DNA of 64,000 nt from Azolla caroliniana (Eukaryota > Plantae > Polypodiophyta): NCBI GenBank assembly GCA_043228905.1, contig JBHGNT010000018.1, positions 1,054,001 through 1,118,000 on the forward strand. The letters run 5' to 3'. The notes beneath the pieces were generated by a model. The model saw only the letters and a program-made list of their open reading frames with translations. It searched no databases and was not told the origin of the DNA. The position numbers were made by a program, and so were the translations under genes. This document shows positions 1 to 13,205 of the stretch, piece after piece; position 1 is the stretch's first letter, and every line of letters begins with the position of its first letter.

Positions 1-1207
1 GACAATTCTTGAATCTGAATATGCCCATGATATGGCATCCGAACCTGAACATACTTTGCCATAACTTTCTTCTACATCATTGAAGCGTGTGTTCTTCTTT
101 GTAAGAGTTTGTTCAGAATTTCTAATCGATCCTGAGAATGTTGCCACATTTAAATCATTCCTATCTATCTTCAAACCATCATTTGAGTTAGAGTGGTGGC
201 TTGAAGATTCTTTCTTAGAAGCAGGTTTCCATCCAAAATCTGTATTCTTGCCAGTAAAATCAATTGCATCATCACTCGATGATGATGACTGCCCTTTTCC
301 AATTGTTCTGAATCCAATCCCATGTCCTTTGTTCAGGTTGTCTTCCTGGATTACTCTGCATTCCCAATGAGAGATTCTCGCTTCTCTGTTGGTATGTTGA
401 AGTTCATTACCTGTAATCTTCGAGTGTGCAATCGGTGAAGCTGTTGACGCCCCTCGTCCACTCCAGCACCTTTCTGTAAAAGTTCTTTCTGTTAAATCTC
501 TCTTATCTGGATTTATTGACATTCCTCCTTCATAACCTGCATAGGCAGCATCTCTTTTAATCAAAGATCCATGTAGCATGAACTTCTGTGATTTTTCATC
601 TACTCTGATATTGCCTTGCCATGCATCTTGGAACAATTGGATATGGTCACAGATAGACAACAAATTTCCAACAGCGAGGGAATCTCCACTGGAACGAATG
701 TCTGATGCTTTTTTTAGAACATCTTCAGCTTCCCTGCAATTGTGATGGTGATGATGGTGCAAATGGAGTTCCAGTGGAATTGAACCATCAGACACTAAAA
801 CCTATTTTAAGAAAACACAATATTATAAATTAGAAAATAGTTTTATCATACAGTTTGACAGCTTCAGGCAAAATTCCTCCATAACATTACCTGGCGATGA
901 GCAAGCCCATGTTTGTGTTTCTCTTCATATGGATCAAAACCGAGATATGAACATGCAGCAAATTGAGCCTGACGAACTAAATCTAAAGATCTTTTCCTGC
1001 ATATTGATCCTTCCACCATTGTTAAAGATATAGACTTCATATATGAATGGGCTATAATCTTGAAAGGTTTAAGTCTTCTCTATGTGGCATCTTTTATTCA
1101 ATTCACCATAATCCAGTAATTAATAAAACCTAAGGCGGAGTGTTGGTACCTGAGAGATAATATTGGTGCTTTGCTTTCTACTTGATTCCCTGACTGCTGG
1201 CAGTTGC
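1..1207 (-). CDS. Unidentified spliced protein-coding gene, 3' end runs off the left edge (exons about 1207-1150, 1079-891, 801 to <1)
   Basis: Hand translation gives a 267-codon stop-free minus frame from acceptor AATAG at 802 to base 1 (VLVSDGSIPLELHLHHHHHNCREAEDV...AYSDSRIV). It joins in phase 0 across a GT-AG intron (890-802) to a 63-codon exon (...QAQFAACSYLGFDPYEEKHKHGLAHRQ). Absent from the ORF track because there is no stop in the window. No family recognised; start codon uncertain, with a likely upstream exon ending at donor 2916. Confidence 0.7.
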
Positions 1208-3369
1208 CTGAAGACAAAATTAAATAAATTTTCTGATAAATAATAGAAACATGAGCTTTAAGAGCATATAATGGAGATAGTGGAGCACTATATACATTGT
1301 CTTGTTTATATGCTTTTTTTCTTATTATTTATGAAATTTTACTCATGATATCAAGAATCACTCATACTTGTTTTCCAAGTACTTCAAAAATATTCTTACA
1401 AGTCAAACAATTCACGAAATCAAATTAGACAGAAGGTAGCCCATTCACGGAAATGGTGGCCTAGGACGTGACTCTCCTGTTCGTATATCTCAAGTTTTTT
1501 GAAGCCAGCGTAGAAAGATGGTCTTACTTTGTTACTCGCATTTGGGAGTTAGCATCAACAGTTGTGTTATCTTTCTTAGTTCTCATAGGCCATCACAGTC
1601 TTTTAGAGACTAGTAACTCCTTTCTTTCTTTATTTACATTATTCTTTCTAGAATGTGCAAGACAATTTGAATAAGCTTAAACTAAAAACATCAAAATGGA
1701 AATCAATCTGTTTCCCTGATATTCTGTTGCAGCTGCCAACCATCCTCTTCCTCTCTATCTGACAAATGAGATTATTTCCCCATCTGTTCAATTATTTTTT
1801 CTTGAAATCAAACCTTCATAGCATGTCTCAACTTGTTTCGTTTTTCTCTTTTCCAGAAACAGGGCTCTATAATTTGTCTGTCACCTTAATAGTTTTTCTT
1901 CTCTTTCCTCTCCTCTAAGTTGTGCCCTATTCTGATCCCCTTCTCATCTCTTTTCTTCCCGAAACACATATCTCCTGCACAGCATTAAAAGAAAGTCCCC
2001 AACAAATTGTTCAAGGCCTCTCTCTATCCACAATGGAATAGACGAAGATACTATCAGGAAGGTCCAGAAAACAGTCGATGATCCGTTCAGTTTGAAAGTT
2101 GTTTAATCAGTACACCACGTGGGTGCAAAATGCATCATTTTTTATGAAAATTCAAAAGCAAGGATTAGCCATTATTCCTAACTTACACATTGACGTGGTA
2201 GATACCCAACCCAGACAAGGGGAGAAGGAAACAAGGAATTTTCATTGGATTTTGTATGATCAATCAGATTGGCATGTATAAAATTCCTCTAACTGGCCAA
2301 GGGATCATCTATTTAACATGGAATTTTTTTCTTTGCATGTGTCAGATTTTGAGTTTGGGGTACAATATGGATATCTTACAATCAACTACCAACTATTTCT
2401 AATATAGACACCGTTTATATTCTTGCTATGTCTCAAAAGATATAGAGGAGCATATATATGCTGTCTTCATCAAATGTTTCAATTGTGTTACATGTGAAGT
2501 CCAGGAGATATTGACACGGTGACTTCATCTAGCTTCCACCAATTCTCTCCTTACACTGTATATTGCTTTGCTTGTTTCTTTCTGGATACTGCCTTACATA
2601 AGTTGGCCATCACTCTTCATTTCCACTTATGTTTCTTTCAGAAACTCACGTTTAGGGGGGAAAAAAACTTCCTTTTTCTCTTTTTATGCCTCACGGAGCA
2701 CATACATGTCGTCCATCAATCTTGACTAAGGTAAATATTTACTCCCTTTCCTCTGTTCTTTTACATTAAACTTCATTCTTCTCTGTTTTTCCGTTCTCAT
2801 ATTTAGTGCCTAAATCTTAACAAAGGAAGATTATAGCTCATTTTTCTCCTTTTCTTTATTTCTTTCATTCACATAGATAGAGAGAGAGAGAGAGTAAAAA
2901 GAATGAAGAATTGTACCTGAAGACCGCATGAGCAAGATATTGTTCTGGAACCCGTTTTTAATTTCTTGTTTACCCTGCTTTCTTTAACTTCATTGTCATC
3001 ACCATCATCATCATCATCATCATCATCATCATTATCATCCTCGTCCTCATCCGCGTCATGAAAGTGAGAAGGCGTGCTTCTTCTCCACACAATTCAAGAA
3101 CTTAATGTCTGGTCCTTAAACCTAATCCATTCTTCACATGAGGTTTCACAGGGGCCTACGGTATTCCAGATGCCATGTCTGCTCATGCTATATGCAGAGA
3201 AGAGGGAATGAAGCTTTTGTTTGTGATGGTGCAGACAGACAGACAGAGAGGGAGGGTCTCTCTGCAGAGAGAGAGAATTCAAGAATTTATGCGAGGAAAT
3301 TCTTGAAGTGGAGAAAGTTGATGATGGAGGAGGAGGCACACACAATTGGACCCCCCAAATTTTTATAGT

Positions 3370-4207
3370 TATATATCTGTTGGTTTGGTGGCCATATCTC
3401 TCTCTCCCCCCCCCCCCCCCCCAATTGGACATGGAAACACACATAGATATGGCCATATGTGGCTGGCTAGCCATGGGCACGGTTTCGGCCCGAACCGAAC
3501 CGAACCGTTAAGCCATCGTTTAACGGTTTATTGGTTCCAAAATTTTTAATGCTTTGGTGGCCATCTCTCTCTCTCTCTCTCCCCGATTGGACATGGAAAC
3601 ACATAGATAGGCATGGCCATATGTAGCGATGGGCACAATTTTGGCTCGAACCGAACCGTTAAGCCATGGTTTAACAGTTTATTGGTTCCAAAAAATTTAA
3701 TGGTTTGGTGGCCATCGTTCTCTCTCTCTCTCTCTCTCTCTCCCCCCAATTGGACATGGAAACACATAGATAGGCATGCCCATATGTAGCGATGGGCACA
3801 GTTTCAGCTTGAACCGAACCGTTAACCCATGGTTTAACGATTTATTGGTTCCAAAAAAAATTAATGGTTTGGTTTGGTTTGGTTTGGATTTTCGAACAAC
3901 ATTCGGTTTCGTTCTAAAACTCAGGTTTATAGGTTTGGTTAAAGGTTTATAGGTTTTTGGTTAACTTTTTTTTTACCTTAATAGTTTATTAATTTAATGG
4001 TTTAATTAATGATTTTTTATTGATTGAATTAATTTAACTTAAGTGTTTATTTAATTTAATGGTTCAATTAAAGTTTCTTTTATTGATTTAATAAATTTAA
4101 CTTAATATATTTTTGTTTATTTAGTTTGATTTAAATGGTTAGGTTTAAATTTTTTATTAAATGAATCGATTTGGTTTCAACTTTTCCTTGAAGGGTTTGG
4201 TTTGGTG

Positions 4208-4245
<38 letters not shown>

Positions 4246-4480
4246 CAATTGGACATGGAAACACATACGCATGGGCCATGGCCATATGGACATAATGGCG
4301 ATGGACTTGGGCATATGGGCGCGTGGACATGGACATGGGCATATGGACATGGTGGGCATGGTCATGGGTGTACGGTCTTAGACATATAGGCATAGACATT
4401 CAGCATATGGGCGTATGGACACATGGACATGGACAAGGAAATATGAACACATTGTGGGGGGGGGGGGGGGGGGGGCGGGT
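3370..4480. repeat. Array of 150-190-bp units (GGTGGCCATCTCTC..CCAATTGGACATGGAAACACATA..GAACCGAACCGTTA) plus AT-rich core and GGACAT/GGGCAT hexamer run; probable non-autonomous DNA transposon remnant
   Basis: Unit starts visible near 3385, 3556, 3706 and 4203; AACCG/GGTTT motifs; C-run 3406-3422 and G-run 4456-4475. Confidence 0.65.
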
Positions 4481-4737
4481 TGATAATTGCATGACTCTAT
4501 ACTTAGGTATGCAATATATATTGGTTGGACATGATCCATACCTCAAAAAGACAATGGGATTGTCTTTTTTGGAGATGTTTTTTTTTCCATAAAAAATATG
4601 CGCCATTAGTATTAAAATTAACAATGCCAAAGGCAATTTACAAATTGTACATAATAGTTTCCACTCCACAAGTATCTATCATAAAAAAAGGACCAAATAT
4701 AAACGATGGCATTTGGCAAGGTAAGGCTAATTATAAT

Positions 4738-5399
4738 CCATGAAAACAACTCTCAGCCTTTGCCAACAACACCTTTGCTACGACGTGATTCCATGAAAAC
4801 AACTCTCCGCCTTTGCCAACAACACCTTTGGAGATGTTGATTCAACTAAAGCTGCTCAATGCCATTGGCTCCTTACTCTATGGAAAGCTACTCCACTTAT
4901 GTCCTTGACACAACATAAACTTTGTGGCACTCACAACCATCAAGATGGTAGTTCCCTCCACTAAACACTTGAGAATCACGACAATGTAAATTACTTCATA
5001 CTAATCAATGGATACTCTATACAAAAATAACAGTAATGAATAAAATTGCACAGCTCGATTTCGCACCACCATGAAAACAACTCTCAGCCTTTGCCAACAA
5101 CACCTTTGCTACGACGTGATTCCATGAAAACAACTCTCCGCCTTTGCCAACAACACCTTTGGAGATGTTGATTCAACTAAAGCTGCTCAATGCCATTGGC
5201 TCCTTACTCTATGGAAAGCTACTCCACTTATGTCCTTGACACAACGTAAACTTTGTGGCACTCACAACCATCAAGATGGTAGTTCCCTCCACTGAACACT
5301 TGAGAATCACGACAATGTAAATTACTTCATACTAATCAATGGATACTCTATACAAAAATAACAGTAATGAATAAAATTGCACAGCTCGAATTCGCACCA
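4738..5399. repeat. Tandem duplication, 2 x 331 bp, each unit opening with an internal ~53-bp repeat
   Basis: 4738-5068 and 5069-5399 align, with three substitutions seen by eye; CCA at the unit junctions. Confidence 0.95.
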
Positions 5400-5746
5400 A
5401 ACAGGCATATCCCATGACACTATATCAAAGTGGCAAAAAGGCCAAATATGAATGAAGACCCCATGGGATCTAAGCAACTAAAGAAAGTAGAGAGGCCAAA
5501 TTGGCCAATATTGATTTGACTCCATGGATGGTCATTTATAGAATTTGCAGAGATCTATTGGGCTACTTACGTAGAAATGTTTCACTGAACCACCTGATCT
5601 GCTATACATATGTATGTAGCAATGATATATCATTATGCATACGCAGATAGGTCTGGGAACAGAGCTTTCAATCTGATATAGCTGCTGTCTATGTTCGTCT
5701 GTGGTGCTGTCTGTGAAGATCGATCCGCGGTTTGATCTGCTTCCCC

Positions 5747-6146
5747 ATGGGCTATTATGATGCTCAATCCGGTGATGGAGATCGCACAGCCTTCCGAAAG
5801 GCTGAGAAACGATACAAACTCTACAAGCATTCCTCTACTTCGGCTCGCTCAGCTAAACACAGGTTTTCTTCTTCTTCCATCTTTTCCCCTCCTTTTATTT
5901 TTATTTTATTTTGTTGTGTATGTTCCAGAAATTCATTACTCCCCTCTCCCTTCAAATGTCCTCTTTTTGTTTGTTTTTTTTGCCATTGTATTGATTAAAG
6001 AGAAAAAAACACCCAAATATCTATCTCCGAATTTTCCTTTATCTTCTTGATTGATTATCCCTGGTCAATCCCCGAGAGATAGAGATAGAGATAGAGATAG
6101 AGATAGAGATAGAGATAGAGATAGAGATAGAGATAGAGATAGAGAT

Positions 6147-6233
<87 letters not shown>

Positions 6234-6688
6234 ATTATCGTCTTCGGAGGTCAAATATGACCTATGAGACCAAAAATATTACATTTACGTGATATGTGTG
6301 AAAGTGAGTAGTGACTCTCGATTTTCAAGAACGTTACTAATGAATGTTGCAATCGGGAGTGCACATTGTGGTTGTGAGAGGAATTCATGCAAGGATTGGG
6401 CTCGGTCGAACAGATGTGGAAAGCATGGTCGAATATGATCAAAGGCAGAGCATTGTATCAAAGTGTGATACTTAGACTCGCAAACTTGTTTAGGGCAAAG
6501 TGTGCATAGCCGACCACTTTCATCACTTGTGCCCCAACGCCTTGTCTGACATCGCAATGCATGTGAGCTAAGTCGCATGGACACAATGGTTCGAATGGCA
6601 GATAACGGTATGGGCTCTAACATGTATCGATGTGTACGATTTCCCCATTCCGCAAAGAATATAGTTTTGTAGTTATGTGCAACATGTG

Positions 6689-6778
<90 letters not shown>

Positions 6779-9700
6779 CAAGGAGCTGAATTGGCCATGT
6801 AATTTCTCAAATACCACCGACAATTGATCAAATAGCCCATATAATTTCTCGAGGGAAGGGGCTGACTAGAAAGCATTTAGGGAAATAACAAAAACTCAGG
6901 GGCATGTGGGAAAGTGAAGTGAACCACAAAGGTATTTTGGATTCCCCCTCACTCCATAAAAAATGTAGAAGTGCCAAACTCAAAACCTAATAAAGATGAT
7001 GCATCATCAAATAAACCGACATTTATTCAATTTTTCCTGTGAACATGTCCTTCATTGGGGTAGGTTCGTATCCTGTATGTGGTCGAAGCATTGTTTGGAA
7101 AATGTTTCTTTGCTAGCCATCAAGTTCCTGAAATAGTTAAGAGTTTATCAGTAAAAAACACAAATGCTGCAGAAAATTGATATATTTCTCTAGAGTTGTG
7201 TTGCTTTTATCAATAATTTCTGCAAATTTAACATAATTTCCCAATAATTTGTGAATGGGATTGATCACATTATTTGTATCATATATTAATTACCATAATT
7301 GCTAAACAATATCCATATATTATATGTGATCATATTTCGAAACTATTCTAATGCATTTTGTAATATCTTGTTTCTGAAGTGGGATTTGGGAGAGCCCAAA
7401 ATATCTAATACAATGTGAAATAAGATTTTCTCTCTCTATCTCTCTCTCCTCACTTGCTTCATATTGCAATTCACACATCGGAAGGTAGCAAACTCATTTG
7501 TGAGGTTGAAAATCAGTGATGAAAACATACACTCTACTTGCAGTACTGGAAGCTTACAAATTATGTCTCTTTTTGCATGGAAGGAACACAATAACTATTC
7601 AGTATAGAAGAGGGCACAAAGGAGAATCCATTTGTTTGAATGGAAAAAACAAAACTAAATCAATGAAGACACACACAAATGACTTTTCAGCATAAATTTC
7701 TTGAAATATGGAAAATCCTGCATAGGAAATGGCAAATAATGGCTTTTTTCTTATAAGCACTGGATGGAGATTGAAGTTGAATGAAGTTCTCAAAAATAAA
7801 TGAAAGGAGAAAATGAATGCAACTACAAGTGATGTTCTATTACAGATCTCTTGAGTCTTGATCATAAATATATGAATATACTAATACAGTAATTATATTG
7901 TGATGGGAAATATGACTTCAAATGCTACTTATTCCCTATGCTTATTACATGAAGTTCTCAAGTGGGAATTGGGATGGCTGAAACATATTTAAATTTGGTG
8001 CAAAGAGCTGAAAATTTGGAGACAAAAATGTTTTCAGGGTTGAAGTGCCGCCTACTGATTTGTCAGAAGTGCTGGATTTTCGCAAGATTCGAGATCTTGG
8101 AGTGACCTCAGAAAACATAATCAGATTAAATGGAGAATTTGATTGGCCAGTTTATTCTCTCCAGAATCATCCTGGTATATCAATTATGCTCCTATATCTA
8201 CCTATTGATTAGATATTGTATGGTCCTCTATTCTTTCTTTAGTATTGAGTATTTGAGTTTGCCATGTTTAGGATTTTACTTCATCCCAGAAGCGTTATCA
8301 CTAGATGAACAAATGCTTTGGATCAAAGAATCTTTGACAAATTTTCCGGAGCCCCCAAATCGAACTAATCACACTGCTTTCCATGGTCCAATATCTAATT
8401 TATGGAATAGAGCTCAAAATGAGGAAATGATGGAGGAGACTGAGGTGCATAAAGGAAATGCTAACTCAAATATGATGGACCAAACAGAGGGTAACACTCC
8501 AGTCAAATCATCGTCCCAAGCATTTGCAGTATCAGCAAGAAAAGATGATTTTTCCACTAATGGAGAATATGTTGCAGATCAAGTATCCAAACGAACTAAT
8601 CCTGATTTTGGTGACAGACAGCAGCATGTGCTGGAAAGAAACATTGACATAAACAACTCAGCATTGAAGAAAACGATTCCAATGAAAACTTTATTGCGTA
8701 AATTGCGATGGGCAACTGTTGGTTTGCAATTTGACTGGTCCAAGGTTTGGTTAGGAATTTGTTTTCGCTTTTGCATTTTGACTATGATTAGGAATTCGAC
8801 TGCACCTTGAAATAAATAGGAGTGAGTGGTAGAGATATATAACCAACCTATTGGGTGTTTGTCAAATAAATGTAAGTGATATGTCCGATATGAGCTTTAC
8901 AGCAAATTATGGGAGTCACCAGTTAAATTTAATAGCTTTTTGATATAATGCTGCGTTCTTTTTACTTTTCCACTGTGAAACCTATCTCTATCTAGATGTG
9001 TACCATGAAAAAGGTCATGCTATAAATTAAATCAAGACTAACTTTACATTGTCTTTGTAGCGTGCTTATGACTTCTCACTACCTTATCGAGCTATTCCAC
9101 AAGAACTCTCAAAACTTGCAATGGTTCTTGCAAAGCCTGCCATGAATGGAGATAATTTCCATGCTGAGGCTGCAATTGTGAATTATTTCAAATGTGGTAC
9201 GTTTTCATATCTTTGCTGGTTTAGGCAGTAATTAATGATGGTGATAGGTAATATTTATTCTCAGTTAAAATAGTGAAGACTTAGAATTACCCCTTTTCTC
9301 ATTTAGATGATATGTTGGGGGGCCATCTTGATGATATGGAAGCAGATTGGAGTAAACCCATAGTCAGTATCAGGTTTGTTACATGCCATAATACTGAATT
9401 TGTGATGCCCACACATAATGCTGCATGGGCTTTACCTTGTGATTTGTGAACATGCTATTTCATGCTGTCAATCTGTACATTTTAATCTTTGATGATTCAT
9501 CTGTTCCCAGAACTCCCATTATTATTGTTGAAGTTGCATGGATGAATATATTAAAGACAAATAAGATAACCATGTTCATGGGTTAAGAACCAGATTTCGT
9601 AAGATCTCAAGCATGACGTGTTACCCAACCTCTTCTGTTAGAAGAGGTCTTGATCGTATTACATAGCTTCTCAAGGATGTAGATTTAAGAAAAAAGGAAT

Positions 9701-10785
9701 TCTAGGGAAACATTTGACAGAAAAGGAGTACATGTCAAATTGGAAAATACAAATTTCACTCCCAATTAAAATAAAACCAATGTCTTTGTCTGCTTACAAT
9801 GGAGCTTACATAAGTGATGAATTGGGTCAGCTCCATTGCTAGTCAAAGGGGTTATTGCAAAAAAACAATTTGAGACCCCCAACTTTTCTGATAGGTCATC
9901 TTCATCCCCAACCCAACGAATATATGTCATCTTCATCTTCTTTGGCTAATCATCACCAATTTTTCTTGTGACAGCTTCAGGAGTAATTTCCCTTTATTTT
10001 ACCTATCAGACATTAGGCTATATTGATGCTATTATGGCTAATGCACAATTTGAAATGTAACACATTACATAAATCTAGATTTTATGCTAATGTAGTATGT
10101 GAAAGCAACATAGTTTATTGCGATTATTCTCAATGTATTTGCATTTATTGCTTTCTTGCTGAATCCACATGCAAATAGAATTGATTTATGCCTCTTGTTG
10201 ACAGTTTTGGATGCAAGGCTATTTTTTTACTAGGGGGCACATCAAGAGATGACAACCCAACAGCGATGTTTCTAAGAAGTGGAGATGTTGTACTGATGGC
10301 AGGGCCTGCTAGAAGCTGCTATCATGGTTAGTTTTCATCTAGCAAAAGTACTGTTAGAAAACTCATAGGTACCCCCAGGTTTTTTTCACATACCCTGAAA
10401 TTTCGCTATTTCTCTAAATGCCCTTGGTCAACCCTGCCTTGAGCAATTCTATGGTCATGTCATCGCCTTCTTCTCCAATATACGTGTGCTATTTGAACAA
10501 TTGTAATGCCAAGTTTCAGTGGTTGACCAGGGTGTTTGGGAAAAATAACAATAACTTGGATCATTTAAGGAGATAAAGGAAAACTCAAGTATTTTAGAGC
10601 TTTATTAAGGTATAATTTATGAAAGTATTTACTCATTGTATCATGTTTCAGGCGTGCCTCGCATTTTTATAGACCCAAAGGAGTCTGATCTGCCAAATTT
10701 TGATACATCTGATCCCACATCAGCACCATTCATAGATTACATCATAACATCAAGGATTAACCTGAATATTCGTCAGGTTTTTTGA
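5747..10785 (+). CDS. ALKBH1: AlkB homolog 1 (2OG-Fe(II) dioxygenase, ALKBH1A-like); exons 5747-5862, 8038-8174, 8272-8744, 9061-9196, 9307-9373, 10205-10326, 10652-10785
   Basis: All introns are GT-AG and in phase. Motifs [60 protein letters not shown] (HxD), [19 protein letters not shown] and [11 protein letters not shown]-stop match plant ALKBH1A as recalled. Confidence 0.95.
6075..6228. repeat. Compound microsatellite (GAGATA)n(TA)n(GA)n
   Basis: Directly visible; a second (GA)n tract lies at 6698-6776. Confidence 0.97.
6229..6697 (-). mobile_element. 5'-truncated non-LTR retrotransposon 3' end (RTE/RTEX-like C-terminal Cys/His domain) in ALKBH1 intron 1
   Basis: ORF 6285-6695 contains [36 protein letters not shown], fitting the RxxSHxLxxExGRW..CxxC..ExExH...C pattern of RTE/RTEX/L2-type ORF2 ends. 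A short 3' UTR and a simple-repeat tail follow. Confidence 0.7.
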
Positions 10786-12878
10786 TGCCACTCTATGTAT
10801 TCTCTTAAGAGAATCTGAAGTCAAAAGCATGTGGGAACCTCCATGACAATGCTATATAACCCCGAATTTTGACCCTTATTAACTTTTCGGGATCTTGTAT
10901 ACAATATCACAAGAAGTGATAGAGATCTATTTGTACTCTTCTATGAAATCTACTTATTTGCAATGCCCCTTGTAGCTCCCAATATCTCAAGGTTTAGTAT
11001 GTAGTGATGATTGCTGAATGCTATTGAAAAGCAGGATATGTGTGTGTGGCTATTTGATAATGAGTTTTGGATGCACAATGTGAGATGGAGATTCATCAAA
11101 AATGTATTAAAAATTCGATTTATGTTTTGAGCTTTGTGGATTTGTGCGATTGCTGAGGTGCCCCAAAATGTCATTCTCTCATTGTCCCCTTGTTAAGATG
11201 GTAAGCCAAGTTTTCCGAACTTGTGCACTTAGGGTTGAATGCTTTACTACTTTACTAGAAACCAATACATAATGTAGGGGTTGAATGCTTCATCATCTCA
11301 AAACTACAATAATTTGGATTCTCTCGTGATGTTGCTCCTACCTTGTAGTGAAGACAATCATGCCATACTCGTTTGATGATTCTTGAAGAGGAATACGAAA
11401 GGATTTGATGCGAATTGATTGTTGCTAAAAAAAGAACGAACGATATATTAATGGGTGTCATCTTCTTACCAAGAGACATGAGGTTGATCCATACTAGTTT
11501 GTTTTCTAGGTTGATAATATTAGCTTGGATCAGTCTATCCTTTTCCACTTTGGTCATGTTTAGATGGGGACAATCCAAGCTATCGGAATTCCTTTACATT
11601 GCACTTGTGCTTATGCCATGTAACTCGAATCATCAATGAATACCTCCATGTTCAATTTCTTTTGATGACCAAATGCCAACATTGAGTACCTTCATTTAGG
11701 GAGCTACCAAAGTTATTACTATTAGATATCGGTCATTGATTAGAATAATGCTTGAGTGATTGTTGGGTCTACTCCCATCTTTGCTTGTATTATGCATAGG
11801 CCATTGATTACTTGCACCCTATCATGTGAACGGTCTCTCTAAATCTTTCCAATTATTTTCCTTGTTAAGACACTCCCTAGGTTTCTACTACATAGAGAAG
11901 AGTTGGTGTGAGACAAGTGTATCAAATGGGCACAATTTAGTTCATGGCCCTTGGAACTACAAATGTGCACATTTTCGTTCAAGAGCATCATGGGTTGCAT
12001 ATCCAGAAGAAAATCAGCCGCAAGCAACCTCACATGCTAAGTATTTCCTATACATTTCATTGGCACCAACAATTATTTGAAAGACGAATCTTCTATTTCC
12101 GCATGTGAAAAAGGTCAAACAAATGCACACAAGTTGTAAAAATGTAAAAAAGCTAATGAATTAGTTCCTCTCACATGTGCTTCTCATTCTCTAGCTTCTT
12201 TTCACAATTGGATGACACTTAACTTCTCGCTTCTTCTTCTTTTCACAATTGGATTACACTTAACTAAATATATTGACCCCCTCCAAATCACTATCATCCT
12301 ATTTAGATTAAGCCATGGCTCTTAACATGTTGACAACCTAGGGAATAAAATTGGCATTCCAATGACGATAAGCCAAAGGTTTCCAACATTGAAATCATCA
12401 CAACAAACTACATCTTAATCTCCTTATATGTTTGTGCACTCCCACTCGAGCATCTTAAATGAATATGTTTCACATCCTCGTAGCATGCCATAGACTCCAA
12501 TACCTCAAAAACTGAAACACAACTTCAAAGTCTCGCGAAACTGTAAGAGAGTCTGACTTGCGGAATTTCCATTGGAAAGCAAATTTTGACCTCCTTGTTG
12601 TGGATTCCCTAACTCTGGATACATACGTCCATATTGATCTCAACATGGGCAAGTGACAAATGTGTGCACACTATGCTCCAATACCATTATAGAAAAATCT
12701 AATGTCCAACAACAACTTTTCTCCTCCTTAATTAATTGCCTATGGCGACTTGCCCCTTCCAAAATTCTCAAATAAAAACATGAGCATGAAATGGAAGTTT
12801 GAGATCTTTACATCCTAACTTTACTGAAATGGAAGTTTGAGATCTTTATTTACATCCTAACTTTATTGCTTGCTTCCA

Positions 12879-13205
12879 ACACATGATGGGTTTGTTAAAA
12901 CCCCATTTTTTTTTGGATAAAACCCTCTGTGGCGTCCAATCTCATTCGGATATGTATGTATGTATGTATGTATGTAGGGAAGTGGACGGACAACGGCATA
13001 GTGTGAAAGCGGCCAAATGGCCCTAGTGTGTTAAACCCCCATGTCAACACGTGATGGGTTTGTTAAAACCCCATTTTTTGGATAAAACCCTATGTGGCGT
13101 CCAATCTCGTTTGGAAATGTATGTATGCATGCATGCATGTATTATGTATGTATGTATATAGAGAAGTGGACGGACATTGGCATAGTGTGAAAGCGGCCAA
13201 ATGGC
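12879..13205 (+). repeat. Two ~145-165-bp tandem copies upstream of the VOC gene; a separate ~37-bp doublet at 12788-12866
   Basis: TGATGGGTTTGTTAAAACCCCATTTT..GTGGCGTCCAATCTC..GTGGACGGACA..GGCATAGTGTGAAAGCGGCCAAATGGC occurs twice. Confidence 0.9.

Noticed and set aside
6039-6876. RD/RE/SL dipeptide ORFs (also poly-E/R/F/L ORFs at 38552-39208 and poly-D at 47160-47351)
   Set aside because: Artefacts of GA, GAA and CAT simple repeats.
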